A DNA stretch of 64,000 nt from Actinomycetota bacterium (GTDB lineage: Bacteria; Actinomycetota; Actinomycetes; S36-B12): positions 309 to 64,308 of the forward strand of contig WLOE01000001.1 in the NCBI GenBank assembly GCA_009699465.1, given 5' to 3'. Positions 46,277 to 56,153 of this stretch are shown here, in pieces. The notes beneath the pieces are model-generated. The model searched no databases. It was not told the DNA's origin and was given only the letters and a program-made list of their open reading frames with translations. The position numbers and the translations under genes were made by a program. Each line of letters starts with the position of its first letter. Position 1 is the first letter of the stretch.

Positions 46277-47104
46277 GTGCGCTACATGAAATCAGAACGA
46301 ACCTTTGACGAGTACCTAGGTGCCTGGCTCACCTCGAGTCTTGAGGTTCGATCGTTGGTTGTCGGGCTTAGGCCCGATCAATTGGTGTTACCGACGGGTT
46401 GTTCCGCCTGGAACGTGCAAGACGTTTTCGCTCACATCATTGATATCGAGTGCCTGATGTCAGGTCAACCGCCAATGGACCACACACCTCATTGGGAAGC
46501 TTTACCCGAACTTGGCCGTTCAGGTCGGGTAACTGAGGTTGGCGTAGATGCACGACGCGGTCGAACCCTCGACGAATTAGTCAACGAATTCGATGAGGTT
46601 ATTGCTGTACGCCAGACGCAATTAATGTCAGGACCACATGACCTCGCTTCAATTGTGTTGGGTCCAACTGGTACCGACTGGACGATGAAAAAAGCATTCG
46701 ACATGCGAATCAACGACACTTGGGTACACGGCCAAGATATTCGTACGGCTTTAGGCCAGCCAGGTGGGCTCAATACTCAAGCGGCAGTTATCTCTGCTCA
46801 ATCACTTTTTGAAATGCTGCCCTTAGCTTGGGCGAAAACAGTGCAGGCTCCTGTTGGGTCAGTTCTAGAAATTCATGTCACCACCCCTTTTGATACATCC
46901 ACCCAAGTAGTTATCAACGACGACGGTCGAGCTGTCCTTACTTCGGGGCACGCGCCTACCGTGCTCATTGAAGGCGACTGGGGCATCCTGCTTCCACTTC
47001 TTACTGGTCGCACCGACGATGCCTCGCTGAAATCACAACTTCAAGTCAACGGGGACCCTGGGCTCGCCGGACGCTTCCTTGACCAGATGTCCATCACGTC
47101 CTGA
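46277..47104 (+). CDS. Mycothiol-dependent maleylpyruvate-isomerase-like / DinB-fold protein (TIGR03083 type)
   Basis: N-terminal WNVQDVFAHIIDIE (DinB-type metal His). Actinobacteria-specific architecture. 6 nt upstream of dosR. GTG start at 46277 or ATG at 46283. Confidence 0.6.
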   Translation: MRYMKSERTFDEYLGAWLTSSLEVRSLVVGLRPDQLVLPTGCSAWNVQDVFAHIIDIECLMSGQPPMDHTPHWEALPELGRSGRVTEVGVDARRGRTLDELVNEFDEVIAVRQTQLMSGPHDLASIVLGPTGTDWTMKKAFDMRINDTWVHGQDIRTALGQPGGLNTQAAVISAQSLFEMLPLAWAKTVQAPVGSVLEIHVTTPFDTSTQVVINDDGRAVLTSGHAPTVLIEGDWGILLPLLTGRTDDASLKSQLQVNGDPGLAGRFLDQMSITS

Positions 47105-47110
47105 GGCACA

Positions 47111-47788
47111 ATGACCACTATGGCTAGCCCGACAGAACTTATTCGCGTTTTTCTCCTCGACGATCATGAAATTGTTCGTCGTGGTCTAGCTGAACTCATC
47201 AATCTTGAAAATGACATGGAAGTTGTTGGCGAAGCTTCTACCAAGGCCGAAGCCCTCAGCCGTATTCCGGCATCGCGACCAACGGTCGCCGTACTAGATG
47301 TGCGCCTGCCCGATGGCACTGGTGTTGAGGTCTGCCGAGATATCCGCTCAGAGCTTCCTGATATTCGCTGCCTCATGCTTACTTCGTATGCGGATGACGA
47401 AGCCCTCTTCGATGCAATTATGGCTGGCGCATCTGGGTATGTGCTGAAGGAAATTCGCGGGAACGATCTCATGACCGCAATCCGTGAAGTTGCATCAGGT
47501 AAATCACTTCTTGATCCAACAGCTACTCAACGAGTGCTAGATCGTTTGCGTCAGGGTGAACATCAAGACCAACGCCTACAGGGTCTTTCAGACCAAGAAC
47601 GTCGAATCTTAATTCTGATTGGCGATGGACTTACGAACCGACAAATCGGTGAATCTATGCACCTAGCCGAAAAGACAGTCAAGAATTACGTATCAAGTTT
47701 GCTTGCGAAGCTAGGTATGGAACGGCGCACCCAAGCTGCCGCTCTTGCTGCACGCATGGCAGCGGAAGAAAATCAAAAACGCTCCTGA
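47111..47788 (+). CDS. dosR: DosR/DevR-type response regulator (NarL/LuxR family)
   Basis: Receiver IRVFLLDDHEIVRRGL...TVAVLDVRLPDGTG...CLMLTSY. HTH LTNRQIGESMHLAEKTVKNYVSSLLAKLGMERRTQAA. From memory, alignable with M. tuberculosis DevR along its whole length. Confidence 0.8.
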   Translation: MTTMASPTELIRVFLLDDHEIVRRGLAELINLENDMEVVGEASTKAEALSRIPASRPTVAVLDVRLPDGTGVEVCRDIRSELPDIRCLMLTSYADDEALFDAIMAGASGYVLKEIRGNDLMTAIREVASGKSLLDPTATQRVLDRLRQGEHQDQRLQGLSDQERRILILIGDGLTNRQIGESMHLAEKTVKNYVSSLLAKLGMERRTQAAALAARMAAEENQKRS

Positions 47789-47791
47789 AAT

Positions 47792-49483
47792 TTACCCGAT
47801 TGGGACTCGCCAAACCAATCGAGTGCCACCGTTTTCCGACACTCGTTCAACTGAACAGGAACCGCCCAGTTCCTGGGCACGCGCCGAAAGATTCGCGACG
47901 CCTGAACGACGTGATGGACCGCTAGGAGAAACTCCGACGCCATCATCAGACACCATCAACACCACAGTAGCTGGATCTACCTCAACCATCACGTCAATGC
48001 GCTGAGCTTGCGCATGCTTCATGGCATTGGAAAGTGCCTCGCGTAGCGCAGCCAGCAAGTGTTCTCCGATGCGATCACTTACGAATGACTCAACGGGTCC
48101 AACGAATCGCACTGATGGATTAAAGCCCAGTAGGGCACTGGACTGGGAAATCTCACGTAGCACCCGGCCTCGAATACCGGTGGCAGGTCCAGTTGATGGT
48201 TCGTGCAAGGCGAAGATGGTTTGCCGAATTTCGCGAATAGTTTCATCAAGCTCATCAACTGCCCGAGAAATTCGATCCTCAACACCTTCGTTGAGTTCAC
48301 CGAGTCGCAAGGCACCTTGTAAGGACATTCCTGTTGCGAACAAACGCTGAATCACTAAGTCGTGTAAATCTCTTGCGATACGATCTCGATCTTCGTAGAT
48401 AGCAAGTCGCTCGTGCTCACGCTGTGATTCAGCGAGTACCAGAGTTACCGCTGCTTGCGAAGCAAAACTTTCCACTGACTCCAGTGCGTCAGGATTTGGA
48501 TTCATCACGTCGATATCCCAGATGAGCGCGAAGACAGCAATTGCTTGGTCGTCATTCATCATGGGAATCACGACAACACAACCGAAAGTTCGTGGCTGGT
48601 CGATATTCAGAAGCGCACCTGTTTGACGCAGAGTTTGCTTTTGATTCATGGCTTCGTGAAGCAATGAATTCGCTGGAATTTCGCGGCCAATCCATTCCTG
48701 TGCAAGGCCATCAAATGCTGGTGAACGCAAAGTCCGTTGACGGCTTCGATTCATGGCCCAACGTGGATCAGGCGAACGGAAGATTTTGTGCGCGTCATAC
48801 TCCTCAACAACTTCTGCAATAAGTTGCCCGCGGCTATCGGGGAGCGCCACTACACATGCATCAGCCCCAGAAATTGCTCGCGCATGATGCGCCAGAAGAG
48901 GAATTACTTCCTCTTCGTCCACAGATGAGAGCACAGTAGTGGCGATATCTGCCACGGCTTGTTGCCATTCTTCACGACGGCGACTGGACTCATAGAGGCG
49001 AGCATTTTCAATGGCTACAGCTGCTGCTGCCGCAAGCGCCTCCACAAGTCGCTCATCTTCTTCGGTAAAAAATGCGTCGTCACGTTTCTCGGTTAGGTAA
49101 AGGTTTCCGAATACAGCGCCACCCACGCGAACCGGAACACCCAGGAAACTATGCATCGGAGGATGCCCGGGTGGGAATCCGACCGATGCTTGGTGCGCAG
49201 TGAGATCTTCCAATCGCAAAGCAACGGGATCTTCAATGATCACACCAAGAATGCCCTTGCCTTGCGGCGGTTCACCGAGGTTTTCGGCCACCTCTCGATC
49301 CATACCCACGTGAATAAATTCAGTTACGTCTCCGTCAGGGCCTAAAACCCCTAGCGCCCCGTAGGTGGAATCAGTGAGTTCGACGGCTTCTTGCACAATT
49401 CGACGCAGGGTCGATGCCAGTTCAAGTCCGCCAGCAATGCCGACAAAGGCTGAAAAGAGCCCTGAGTCTGTCTTGTCCATCAC
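47792..49483 (-). CDS. dosS: DosS/DosT-type GAF-GAF histidine kinase (putative haem redox/gas sensor)
   Basis: GAF-A contains LTAHQASVGFPPGHPPMHSFLGVPVRV...FGNLYLTEK, matching the haem-pocket segment of DevS/DosT (GFPPYHPPMRTFLGVPVRV). HisKA_3 box DRDRIARDLHDLVIQRLF. C-terminal HATPase. Confidence 0.8.
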   Translation of the reverse strand: MMDKTDSGLFSAFVGIAGGLELASTLRRIVQEAVELTDSTYGALGVLGPDGDVTEFIHVGMDREVAENLGEPPQGKGILGVIIEDPVALRLEDLTAHQASVGFPPGHPPMHSFLGVPVRVGGAVFGNLYLTEKRDDAFFTEEDERLVEALAAAAAVAIENARLYESSRRREEWQQAVADIATTVLSSVDEEEVIPLLAHHARAISGADACVVALPDSRGQLIAEVVEEYDAHKIFRSPDPRWAMNRSRQRTLRSPAFDGLAQEWIGREIPANSLLHEAMNQKQTLRQTGALLNIDQPRTFGCVVVIPMMNDDQAIAVFALIWDIDVMNPNPDALESVESFASQAAVTLVLAESQREHERLAIYEDRDRIARDLHDLVIQRLFATGMSLQGALRLGELNEGVEDRISRAVDELDETIREIRQTIFALHEPSTGPATGIRGRVLREISQSSALLGFNPSVRFVGPVESFVSDRIGEHLLAALREALSNAMKHAQAQRIDVMVEVDPATVVLMVSDDGVGVSPSGPSRRSGVANLSARAQELGGSCSVERVSENGGTRLVWRVPIG

Positions 49484-49620
49484 TCACCCATCATGCCTTG
49501 GCCGGCACCTTGATTGCTCGTTGTCTAGGAATTTTCAAACTGATACGAACACTTCACCATGTGTGATCCATTATTGAGCTTCAGAAAGCTTTGACCTTCA
49601 GCTGAAAATTCCTATGCGCC

Positions 49621-49651
49621 TGAGGGTCGAAGTCCTAACTTCGAGCCCTCA
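49621..49651. promoter_or_regulatory. 31-nt imperfect palindrome / strong hairpin in the dosS-PP2C divergent region
   Basis: TGAGGGTCGAAGT-CCTA-ACTTCGAGCCCTCA gives 13 pairs with one bulged G (49645). Lies 39 nt upstream of the PP2C GTG and 138 nt upstream of the dosS ATG. A separate perfect 10-bp palindrome TTCAGCTGAA lies at 49597-49606. Confidence 0.5.
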
Positions 49652-49689
49652 CTCATTTACGGTATGGGGCTAACGAGACAGGCACGGGG

Positions 49690-50799
49690 GTGCACAAGTT
49701 GAGTTTGCGAAGTTGGTCACGTCGGATTTCTCTCCTCATGATCGTTGGAGTATTTCTGTGTATTTGCCTCCTTCTCGATGATGAATTAAGAATCACTGAT
49801 ATCGCCGTAAGTCTCGATAACGCAGACGAAGGAATCGTTTCAGCTTTTATGCGTACGAAACTCATTCTTAGAATTTCGGTGGTCGTTGAATCGCTACTTG
49901 TTATTGCTCTTGTCTTTATCACGCTTCGCGGTATTTCCACACGAGTGCAGCAACCACTGCAGCGCCTTCGTGCAGATTTGCGTATATCCACACGAGATCA
50001 CGAACATGTGATTGCTTCTACTGGACCGACAGAAATTGTCGATGTTGCAGTAGACGCTGAATTTTTGCGCCGCGCACTTGTGAATCAAATTGATGTATCT
50101 ACTCAGATGGTGCAGGCACTCACCTTAGAAGCGCCAGCTACAAACGCGATCCGACGAGCACTCGATCGCGAGCGGGATCACGTTTCTGGTGTCACTGGCT
50201 ATTGCAGGCCAATTGAAGGGGTTATCGCAGGAGATTGGTGGTGGGCTGCGCAGCGCAAGGACGGATCAAGGGTGCTTGCGATCGCTGACATCAGCGGGCA
50301 CGGTGTGCAAGCAGGCATGATGGCTATCGAGAGTCGAGCAATCGTGGCTACCGCGTTGGCATCACATGTGCCTCTCGCTGAAATCCCCTACGGGCTAGCG
50401 CGACACCGCTGGGAATCTGGGATGTTCTTGACCTTGTTTTTGGCAATCCTTGAACATGATGCGATTGAGTACTGCTCAGCGGGTGCCCCATTCGCAAGCT
50501 TGATTAGGCCTGACGGAATACGTTCGCTGTCTCCAACGGGGCCTGTGATTAGCAATCTGCAAGGTGAATGGACTTCGCTACGACTGACTATCTCCGACCA
50601 AGAGCTGCTCATATCAGCAACCGATGGCCTCGTAGATAACATGCCTGAAGATCAACTGTTGTCTGCGCTACAGCGCGAAATGCTCCTACAGCAGGGCGAT
50701 CCTGATCACATGCTGGGAGCCCTCCTTGCAGATGTATCTCGCACCGGTACCACCTGGGCCGACGATGTCACCGTGATTCTTGCCACCGCACATTCATAG
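49690..50799 (+). CDS. Membrane-bound PP2C/SpoIIE-family serine phosphatase
   Basis: Two N-terminal TM segments and a linker. PPM domain with IADISGHGVQAGMMA and SATDGLVDN metal-binding motifs. GTG start. Confidence 0.72.
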   Translation: MHKLSLRSWSRRISLLMIVGVFLCICLLLDDELRITDIAVSLDNADEGIVSAFMRTKLILRISVVVESLLVIALVFITLRGISTRVQQPLQRLRADLRISTRDHEHVIASTGPTEIVDVAVDAEFLRRALVNQIDVSTQMVQALTLEAPATNAIRRALDRERDHVSGVTGYCRPIEGVIAGDWWWAAQRKDGSRVLAIADISGHGVQAGMMAIESRAIVATALASHVPLAEIPYGLARHRWESGMFLTLFLAILEHDAIEYCSAGAPFASLIRPDGIRSLSPTGPVISNLQGEWTSLRLTISDQELLISATDGLVDNMPEDQLLSALQREMLLQQGDPDHMLGALLADVSRTGTTWADDVTVILATAHS

Positions 50800-50844
50800 T
50801 GGCGAATTTCCAGAAATTCGCTATTGGATGCGACTATTGCGGAC

Positions 50845-52092
50845 ATGCGTCTGAAAACCACACTTGCGTTTCTTGCCAGTGCTGCCTTGGCAGCAACCAT
50901 CGTCGCGCCGGCTGCTTCAGCTGCGCCATCACCTGCTGTGAAAGGCCTTCAGGGCCAGGTCATTCCAGCGAGCCTGTTTGGCATGCATATTCAAAATGCA
51001 GAAATCGGATCGTGGGCTACCGTTCCCATCGGTGCTTTGCGCCTCTGGGATAACCAAACCAGCTGGGCCAATATCGAAAAGACTCAAGGCAATTTCGATT
51101 GGACCACGCTCGATAAGGCCGTTGCCACATCACAAGCAAAAGGCGTCAATGACATTTTGATGGTGCTGGCTGGTACGCCTGCTTGGGCAAGTGATGATCC
51201 ATCTCCTGCAGCGCTGCCTGCTCCTGGCGCCGCAGGTATGCCTAAGGATTTCAGTTGGTGGGATAAGTGGGTCACCGCAGTTGTTACGCGCTACAAAGGC
51301 AAGATCACTTCTTACCAGCCATGGAATGAAGCAAATCTTGCGACATTCTCAACTGGCTCCGCAGCGGAAATGGCTGACCTCACCAAGCGTGCTTACGACA
51401 TCATCAAGCGCATCGATCCAAGTGCAATCGTGGTGGCACCGAGTACCGGTACACGTTTGAGTGGCGCATTCATGAAGTTTTATCCAAAATTCTTGGCTGG
51501 GTTGAAGGCTCAAGGCTGGCCGATTGATGTGTGGAGTGCGCACACCTACCCCGCCAGCTTGGGCACACCAGTCGACCGCGCAAAGCTCGCCTATGCGTAC
51601 ACAGCAGTGTTGGAACAGGCTGGTGCACCAAAGCTTCCATTCTGGGATACCGAAAACAACTTCGGCTTAAAGGGTCCAGGCCCACAGAACCCAGACGTTG
51701 ATATTGAAGGCGAGAAGGCCGCCTCGTGGGTTGCTCGCACGTATCTTGATGCACTCGATATCGGAATGTCGCGCGTGTACTGGTACCGCTGGGAAACGTA
51801 TAACGATCTCTGGGGTATTCAAATGTTCGATAACACCCCTGGTTCAAAGGCATACGCGGCACTTGAAGACTGGATTGTTGGCGCGACTTTCATTGGGTGC
51901 AACAGCAAAGCGATCGCTACCACGTGCAACTTCACCAAGGGTGGCAAGCAGTTCCGAATTGTGTACAGCAACACGGAAAAGCCGCAATCATTCGCAGTGA
52001 AGGGCGCATCACAGGTGTGCACCTTGCTTCAGGGTTGCAAACCTATAACCGGCAAGAAGATTAAAACCGCATCACCAATCAAGCTCGGATAA
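50845..52092 (+). CDS. Secreted glycoside hydrolase, clan GH-A TIM barrel (GH5/GH39-like)
   Basis: Signal peptide MRLKTTLAFLASAALAATIVAPAASA. Putative acid/base YQPWNEANL and nucleophile FWDTENNF. Family assignment not resolved. Start set at ATG 50845; the track uses TTG at 50824. Confidence 0.55.
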   Translation: MRLKTTLAFLASAALAATIVAPAASAAPSPAVKGLQGQVIPASLFGMHIQNAEIGSWATVPIGALRLWDNQTSWANIEKTQGNFDWTTLDKAVATSQAKGVNDILMVLAGTPAWASDDPSPAALPAPGAAGMPKDFSWWDKWVTAVVTRYKGKITSYQPWNEANLATFSTGSAAEMADLTKRAYDIIKRIDPSAIVVAPSTGTRLSGAFMKFYPKFLAGLKAQGWPIDVWSAHTYPASLGTPVDRAKLAYAYTAVLEQAGAPKLPFWDTENNFGLKGPGPQNPDVDIEGEKAASWVARTYLDALDIGMSRVYWYRWETYNDLWGIQMFDNTPGSKAYAALEDWIVGATFIGCNSKAIATTCNFTKGGKQFRIVYSNTEKPQSFAVKGASQVCTLLQGCKPITGKKIKTASPIKLG

Positions 52093-52103
52093 GAACGTAA
52101 ATA

Positions 52104-52142
52104 CAAGTAAGGCCCGGGCGCTTTGCGCCCGGGCCTTACTTG
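52104..52142. terminator. Bidirectional terminator hairpin between the GH gene and etfA
   Basis: Perfect 17-bp stem CAAGTAAGGCCCGGGCG / CGCCCGGGCCTTACTTG (52104-52120 / 52126-52142), loop CTTTG. Confidence 0.8.
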
Positions 52143-52158
52143 TTGCGACTCTGAAGAA

Positions 52159-53115
52159 TTAACCCTTGCGCTTCTTGATCTCCTCAGTGAGTTGAGGAAC
52201 GACCGTGAAGAGGTCGCCAACAACACCGAAGTCAGCAAGTTCGAACATCGGAGCTTCTGCATCCTTGTTCACTGCAACAATTAACTTCGAGGTTTGCATA
52301 CCAGCACGGTGCTGAATCGCACCGGAGATGCCATTAGCAATGTAGAGCTGCGGTGAAACAGTCTTGCCGGTCTGACCCACCTGGAATGCATGTGGGTAGT
52401 AACCAGCATCTGTTGCCGCGCGAGATGCTCCAACTGCCGCGCCGAGTGAATCAGCGAGATCCTCAATCACCCCGAAGCCTTCTGCGGCACCCACGCCGCG
52501 ACCACCGGAAACAACAATTGCTGCTTCAGTGAGTTCAGGGCGTCCACCCTTCACCGCTGCAGCGCGGTTCGTGATGGTTGCACTCTTTGCTGCTGCACTG
52601 AGTTCTACCGACACATCAACGCGAGTTGCGGCGCCTGCATTCGCAACTGGTGCCGTTGAATTTGGGCGCACAGTGATAATTGGAGTTCCAGCTGAAACCT
52701 TTGACTGCACAACCGTTGCGCCACCGAAAATACTTTGCGTGGCCGTAAGGTCAGGTGCAATTCCAATCGCATCGGTGATGATGCCCGAGTTGGTGCGGAC
52801 TGCCAAACGTGCAGCCACTTCCTTACCTTCGGGTGATGATCCAATCAACACTGCAATAGGCGACTGATCCGCAACAAGCTTGGACAGCACTTCAGCCTTT
52901 GGCGCTACTGGGTGGTTGATGTAATCGGCGCTATCTGCGACGTACACCTTCTGGGCGCCAAATTCGCCAAGCGTTGCGCCTGCTGCATCGGTGTAGCCCG
53001 GACCAATCCACACTGCACTTGGCTCACCAAGTGATTGTGCGAGCGTGAGCAATTCGGTGGTGACCTTCTTGACGCTGCCATCGGCTGCATCGACGAGGAC
53101 GAGAACCTCTCCCAT
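52159..53115 (-). CDS. etfA: Electron transfer flavoprotein alpha subunit
   Basis: 318 aa. C-terminal FAD-binding YIANGISGAIQHRAGMQTSKLIVAVNKDAEAPMF. Confidence 0.92.
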   Translation of the reverse strand: MGEVLVLVDAADGSVKKVTTELLTLAQSLGEPSAVWIGPGYTDAAGATLGEFGAQKVYVADSADYINHPVAPKAEVLSKLVADQSPIAVLIGSSPEGKEVAARLAVRTNSGIITDAIGIAPDLTATQSIFGGATVVQSKVSAGTPIITVRPNSTAPVANAGAATRVDVSVELSAAAKSATITNRAAAVKGGRPELTEAAIVVSGGRGVGAAEGFGVIEDLADSLGAAVGASRAATDAGYYPHAFQVGQTGKTVSPQLYIANGISGAIQHRAGMQTSKLIVAVNKDAEAPMFELADFGVVGDLFTVVPQLTEEIKKRKG

Positions 53116-53165
53116 TACGACTCCTTCAGTTTCAAAAATCTAGTGTGATTGATGAGCCGTAGCTC

Positions 53166-53948
53166 TTAGAGGACTTTCTGAGCGTCTAGGAACTCAGCGA
53201 TTGCAACTCCGCCGGCACCTTCATCTTGAACGACTACACCTGCAGCCTTTGGTGGGCGAGCAGCAAAGCTGTTGACCTGTGACCATGAACCGGAAGTACC
53301 CACGGCACCTGCATCAATGCCTGCATCGGCTGCGGAAACCGTTTCAACTGGCTTCTTCTTTGCAGCCATGATGCCCTTGAACGATGGGTAGCGTGGTTCA
53401 TTACTGCGCTCGATCATGCCCAAGACTGCTGGCGTTGCAGCACTGATGGTTTCGATTCCATAATCGCCTACGCGATCGATAGTGACGGTTCCACCACTGA
53501 CTTCAACCTTGTTCGCGAATGTGAGCTGAGGTAGACCCAATCGCTCAGCAACCATCGATGGAACAACGCTCATACGAGCGTCGGTTGACTCTGAGCCAAA
53601 CATGATGAGATCAAAGCCACGGCCTTCGAGCAACTTGGCTAATGCGTAACTGGTGCCTGCTGCGTCTGAGCCAGCAAGGCTGGCATCAACAAGATGTATG
53701 CCTGAATCTGCACCCATGCTCAATGCCTTACGCACTGCTTCGCCTGCGCGCTCTGGGCCCATGGTCACGATGACAACTTCGCCGCCGCCCTGAGCTTCAG
53801 TAATTTGCAGAGCCTCTTCAATTGCGTACTCATCGAGCTCGTTCAGCACGGCTTCCACTGAATCGCGATCAAGGAGTGAATCACCATCACGGAGCTTCTT
53901 TTCTGCCCATGAATCGGGGACTTGCTTCACACACACAGCGATCTTCAC
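53166..53948 (-). CDS. etfB: Electron transfer flavoprotein beta subunit
   Basis: 260 aa. MKIAVCVKQVPD N-terminus, directly upstream of etfA. Confidence 0.92.
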   Translation of the reverse strand: MKIAVCVKQVPDSWAEKKLRDGDSLLDRDSVEAVLNELDEYAIEEALQITEAQGGGEVVIVTMGPERAGEAVRKALSMGADSGIHLVDASLAGSDAAGTSYALAKLLEGRGFDLIMFGSESTDARMSVVPSMVAERLGLPQLTFANKVEVSGGTVTIDRVGDYGIETISAATPAVLGMIERSNEPRYPSFKGIMAAKKKPVETVSAADAGIDAGAVGTSGSWSQVNSFAARPPKAAGVVVQDEGAGGVAIAEFLDAQKVL

Positions 53949-54008
53949 GCGTCTGTCCTTTCGTGGCCGCCCAGGTCAGGCGGATCGTTCTTGTGGGGTG
54001 GGTAAATA

Positions 54009-56153
54009 TTACGACTTAGCTGCATCGAGCAACAGGGTGGAGACATCAACGACCTCTACCCCAAGAGCCCGACCAGGTTCTTGTTGACGGGTATTTACGG
54101 CATCGTTCAACATGACTGAGCAGAACGGGCAACCCACAGCGATGCGCTTGGCGCCCGTTGCGATGGCTTCGTCACCACGAGTCTGGTTAATCCGAGTGCC
54201 GAGCTTTTCTTCCATCCACATGCGGGCGCCACCGGCACCACAGCAGAAGCTCTTATCGCGGTTGCGGTCCATTTCAACAAATGAATCAGCAGTCGCGCTA
54301 ATAAGTTCGCGTGGTGGGTTGTACACCTGGTTGTGACGACCCAAGTAGCAAGGATCGTGATACGTGACGGTCTGATCAATCTTGTTGACTGGTGTCAATC
54401 GACCAGCCTTCACTAAATCATTCAGTAGTTCGGTGTGGTGCACAACTTCGTAATTGCCACCAAGCTGTGGGTATTCGCGCTTCAAGGCATTCAAGCAATG
54501 CGGGCACGTCACCACAATTTTGGTCGCCTTGATTTCATTTAAGACTTCAATGTTTTGCGCTGCCTGCATCTGGAACAAGAACTCGTTACCCGCGCGACGA
54601 GCTGGATCGCCCGTACAGGTTTCTCCCTCGCCAAGCACCATGAAGCTGACACCGGCGATGTTCATGAGTTCTGCCACGTTCTTCGTGGTGCGCTTTGCGC
54701 GATCTTCATAAGCACCAGCACAACCAACCCAGAACAGGTAGTCAATATCTTCTGGAATGGTGTCTTCGCCATCCATGCCGAAGACCTTCACGTCGAAGTC
54801 AACTTCACTGATCCAATCGTTGCGTCCAGATGCGTTCATGCCCCATGGGTTGCCCTTGTTCTCAACGTTCTTAAACAGTCCGTTGAGTTCAGTTGGGAAC
54901 TCTGACAGCACCAAAACCTGGCTGCGTCGAATGTCGACGATGTGGTCGATGTGCGCAATGTCCACTGGGCATTGGTTTACACAAGCGCCACAGGTGGTGC
55001 AAGACCAAAGGATGTCGTCAGTGATGACGCCGTCTTCTCCAACTAGTGGCTTCTCTGCAAGTTCGATGAGCGCAGGATCAAGATGAGCGCGCTCTTCTTC
55101 AGTAGCGGTCATCCATGGTGAGATCGCATGCGCATGGTTACGCATCGCAATCGTCAGTAGCTTTGGTGACAACGGCTTTTCGGTATTCCAAGCCGGGCAC
55201 TGCGACTGGCAGCGTCCACACTCAGTACACGTTGAGAAGTCCAGCAGGGCCTTCCATGAAAAGTCTGTCATGGCCGTAACACCGAGTGCAATGTCGTCAG
55301 GGAAGTCGTCAAGCTTTTCAAAATCAAGTGCGACACCGTCGTATCGGATTGGCTCCAACTGACCAAGCGCTGGCTTGCCATTGGCATTGCGCTGGAACCA
55401 CACGTTAAAGAACGCAAGGAAGCGGTGCCAGGCAACACCCATGGTTGGGGTCATAGCAACGGTCACGAACCAGGCCATGGATACCAAAATCTTGCCGAAG
55501 GCAAGCAGCAGGATCAGCGTGGCGAGGGTTTCAAGTGAAAGCCCTGTCCAGTTCTCACCGATCCAGCCTGTCAGTGGGAAGTTTGAATGAATGAACTCTT
55601 CGCCCTGCACTGATCCTCGCGCGTATTCAGCAGCACGCAGTGCGAGCACGAAAATGCCAATGGCAAGAATTGTGAATTCAACGTAGTAGGCCTGCCACAT
55701 TGTTGAACCAAAGAAGCGTGACTTGCGAGGCTGTTGCGGATTTGGTCGGCGAGCAACACGCACGGCGATCAAGATCAGGATCGCGAGCACCATCAGCCAC
55801 GACATGATTTCGATCAAGTATGAAAACGCTGGCCAGTGACCAATAAGTGGCAACGCAAAGTCAGGATTGATCAACTGGCCGTACGCGGTGACCAGGGTGA
55901 AAAACAAAACGCCAAATGCGATCAAGACGATGAGATGCGAAACTGCAACGATCGGACCAACGGGCTTTTGCTTCAACCGAGTCGCAAGAAACACCTCTTT
56001 GAGTAACGTGAGCGTGCGAAGTGCCGGCTTGTCAGTGCGATTGATTGACTTACCGACCTTGAACTGACGGACAAAGCCCACCACGGTTCGGGCAAATAAG
56101 CCGACCGCAATCACGGTGACGATCGCAGCGACGATCATGACCAACACATCCAT
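54009..56153 (-). CDS. Membrane-anchored Fe-S oxidoreductase, HdrD/GlpC-like with CCG domains (EtfD/Rv0338c-like)
   Basis: 714 aa. About 6 N-terminal TM segments. Two 4Fe-4S motifs (CTECGRCQSQCP, CTTCGACVNQCP). C-terminal cysteine-rich CCG repeats (VTCPHC, YHDPCYLGRH, FCCGAGG, VGCPFC). 60 nt upstream of etfB. Confidence 0.72.
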   Translation of the reverse strand: MDVLVMIVAAIVTVIAVGLFARTVVGFVRQFKVGKSINRTDKPALRTLTLLKEVFLATRLKQKPVGPIVAVSHLIVLIAFGVLFFTLVTAYGQLINPDFALPLIGHWPAFSYLIEIMSWLMVLAILILIAVRVARRPNPQQPRKSRFFGSTMWQAYYVEFTILAIGIFVLALRAAEYARGSVQGEEFIHSNFPLTGWIGENWTGLSLETLATLILLLAFGKILVSMAWFVTVAMTPTMGVAWHRFLAFFNVWFQRNANGKPALGQLEPIRYDGVALDFEKLDDFPDDIALGVTAMTDFSWKALLDFSTCTECGRCQSQCPAWNTEKPLSPKLLTIAMRNHAHAISPWMTATEEERAHLDPALIELAEKPLVGEDGVITDDILWSCTTCGACVNQCPVDIAHIDHIVDIRRSQVLVLSEFPTELNGLFKNVENKGNPWGMNASGRNDWISEVDFDVKVFGMDGEDTIPEDIDYLFWVGCAGAYEDRAKRTTKNVAELMNIAGVSFMVLGEGETCTGDPARRAGNEFLFQMQAAQNIEVLNEIKATKIVVTCPHCLNALKREYPQLGGNYEVVHHTELLNDLVKAGRLTPVNKIDQTVTYHDPCYLGRHNQVYNPPRELISATADSFVEMDRNRDKSFCCGAGGARMWMEEKLGTRINQTRGDEAIATGAKRIAVGCPFCSVMLNDAVNTRQQEPGRALGVEVVDVSTLLLDAAKS

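Noticed and set aside
49621-49651. Calling the palindrome a canonical DosR box.
   Set aside because: The spacing between the GGGNC and GTCC elements is one base shorter than the TTSGGGACTWWAGTCCCSAA consensus, and several consensus positions differ. Kept only as an unassigned candidate operator or hairpin.
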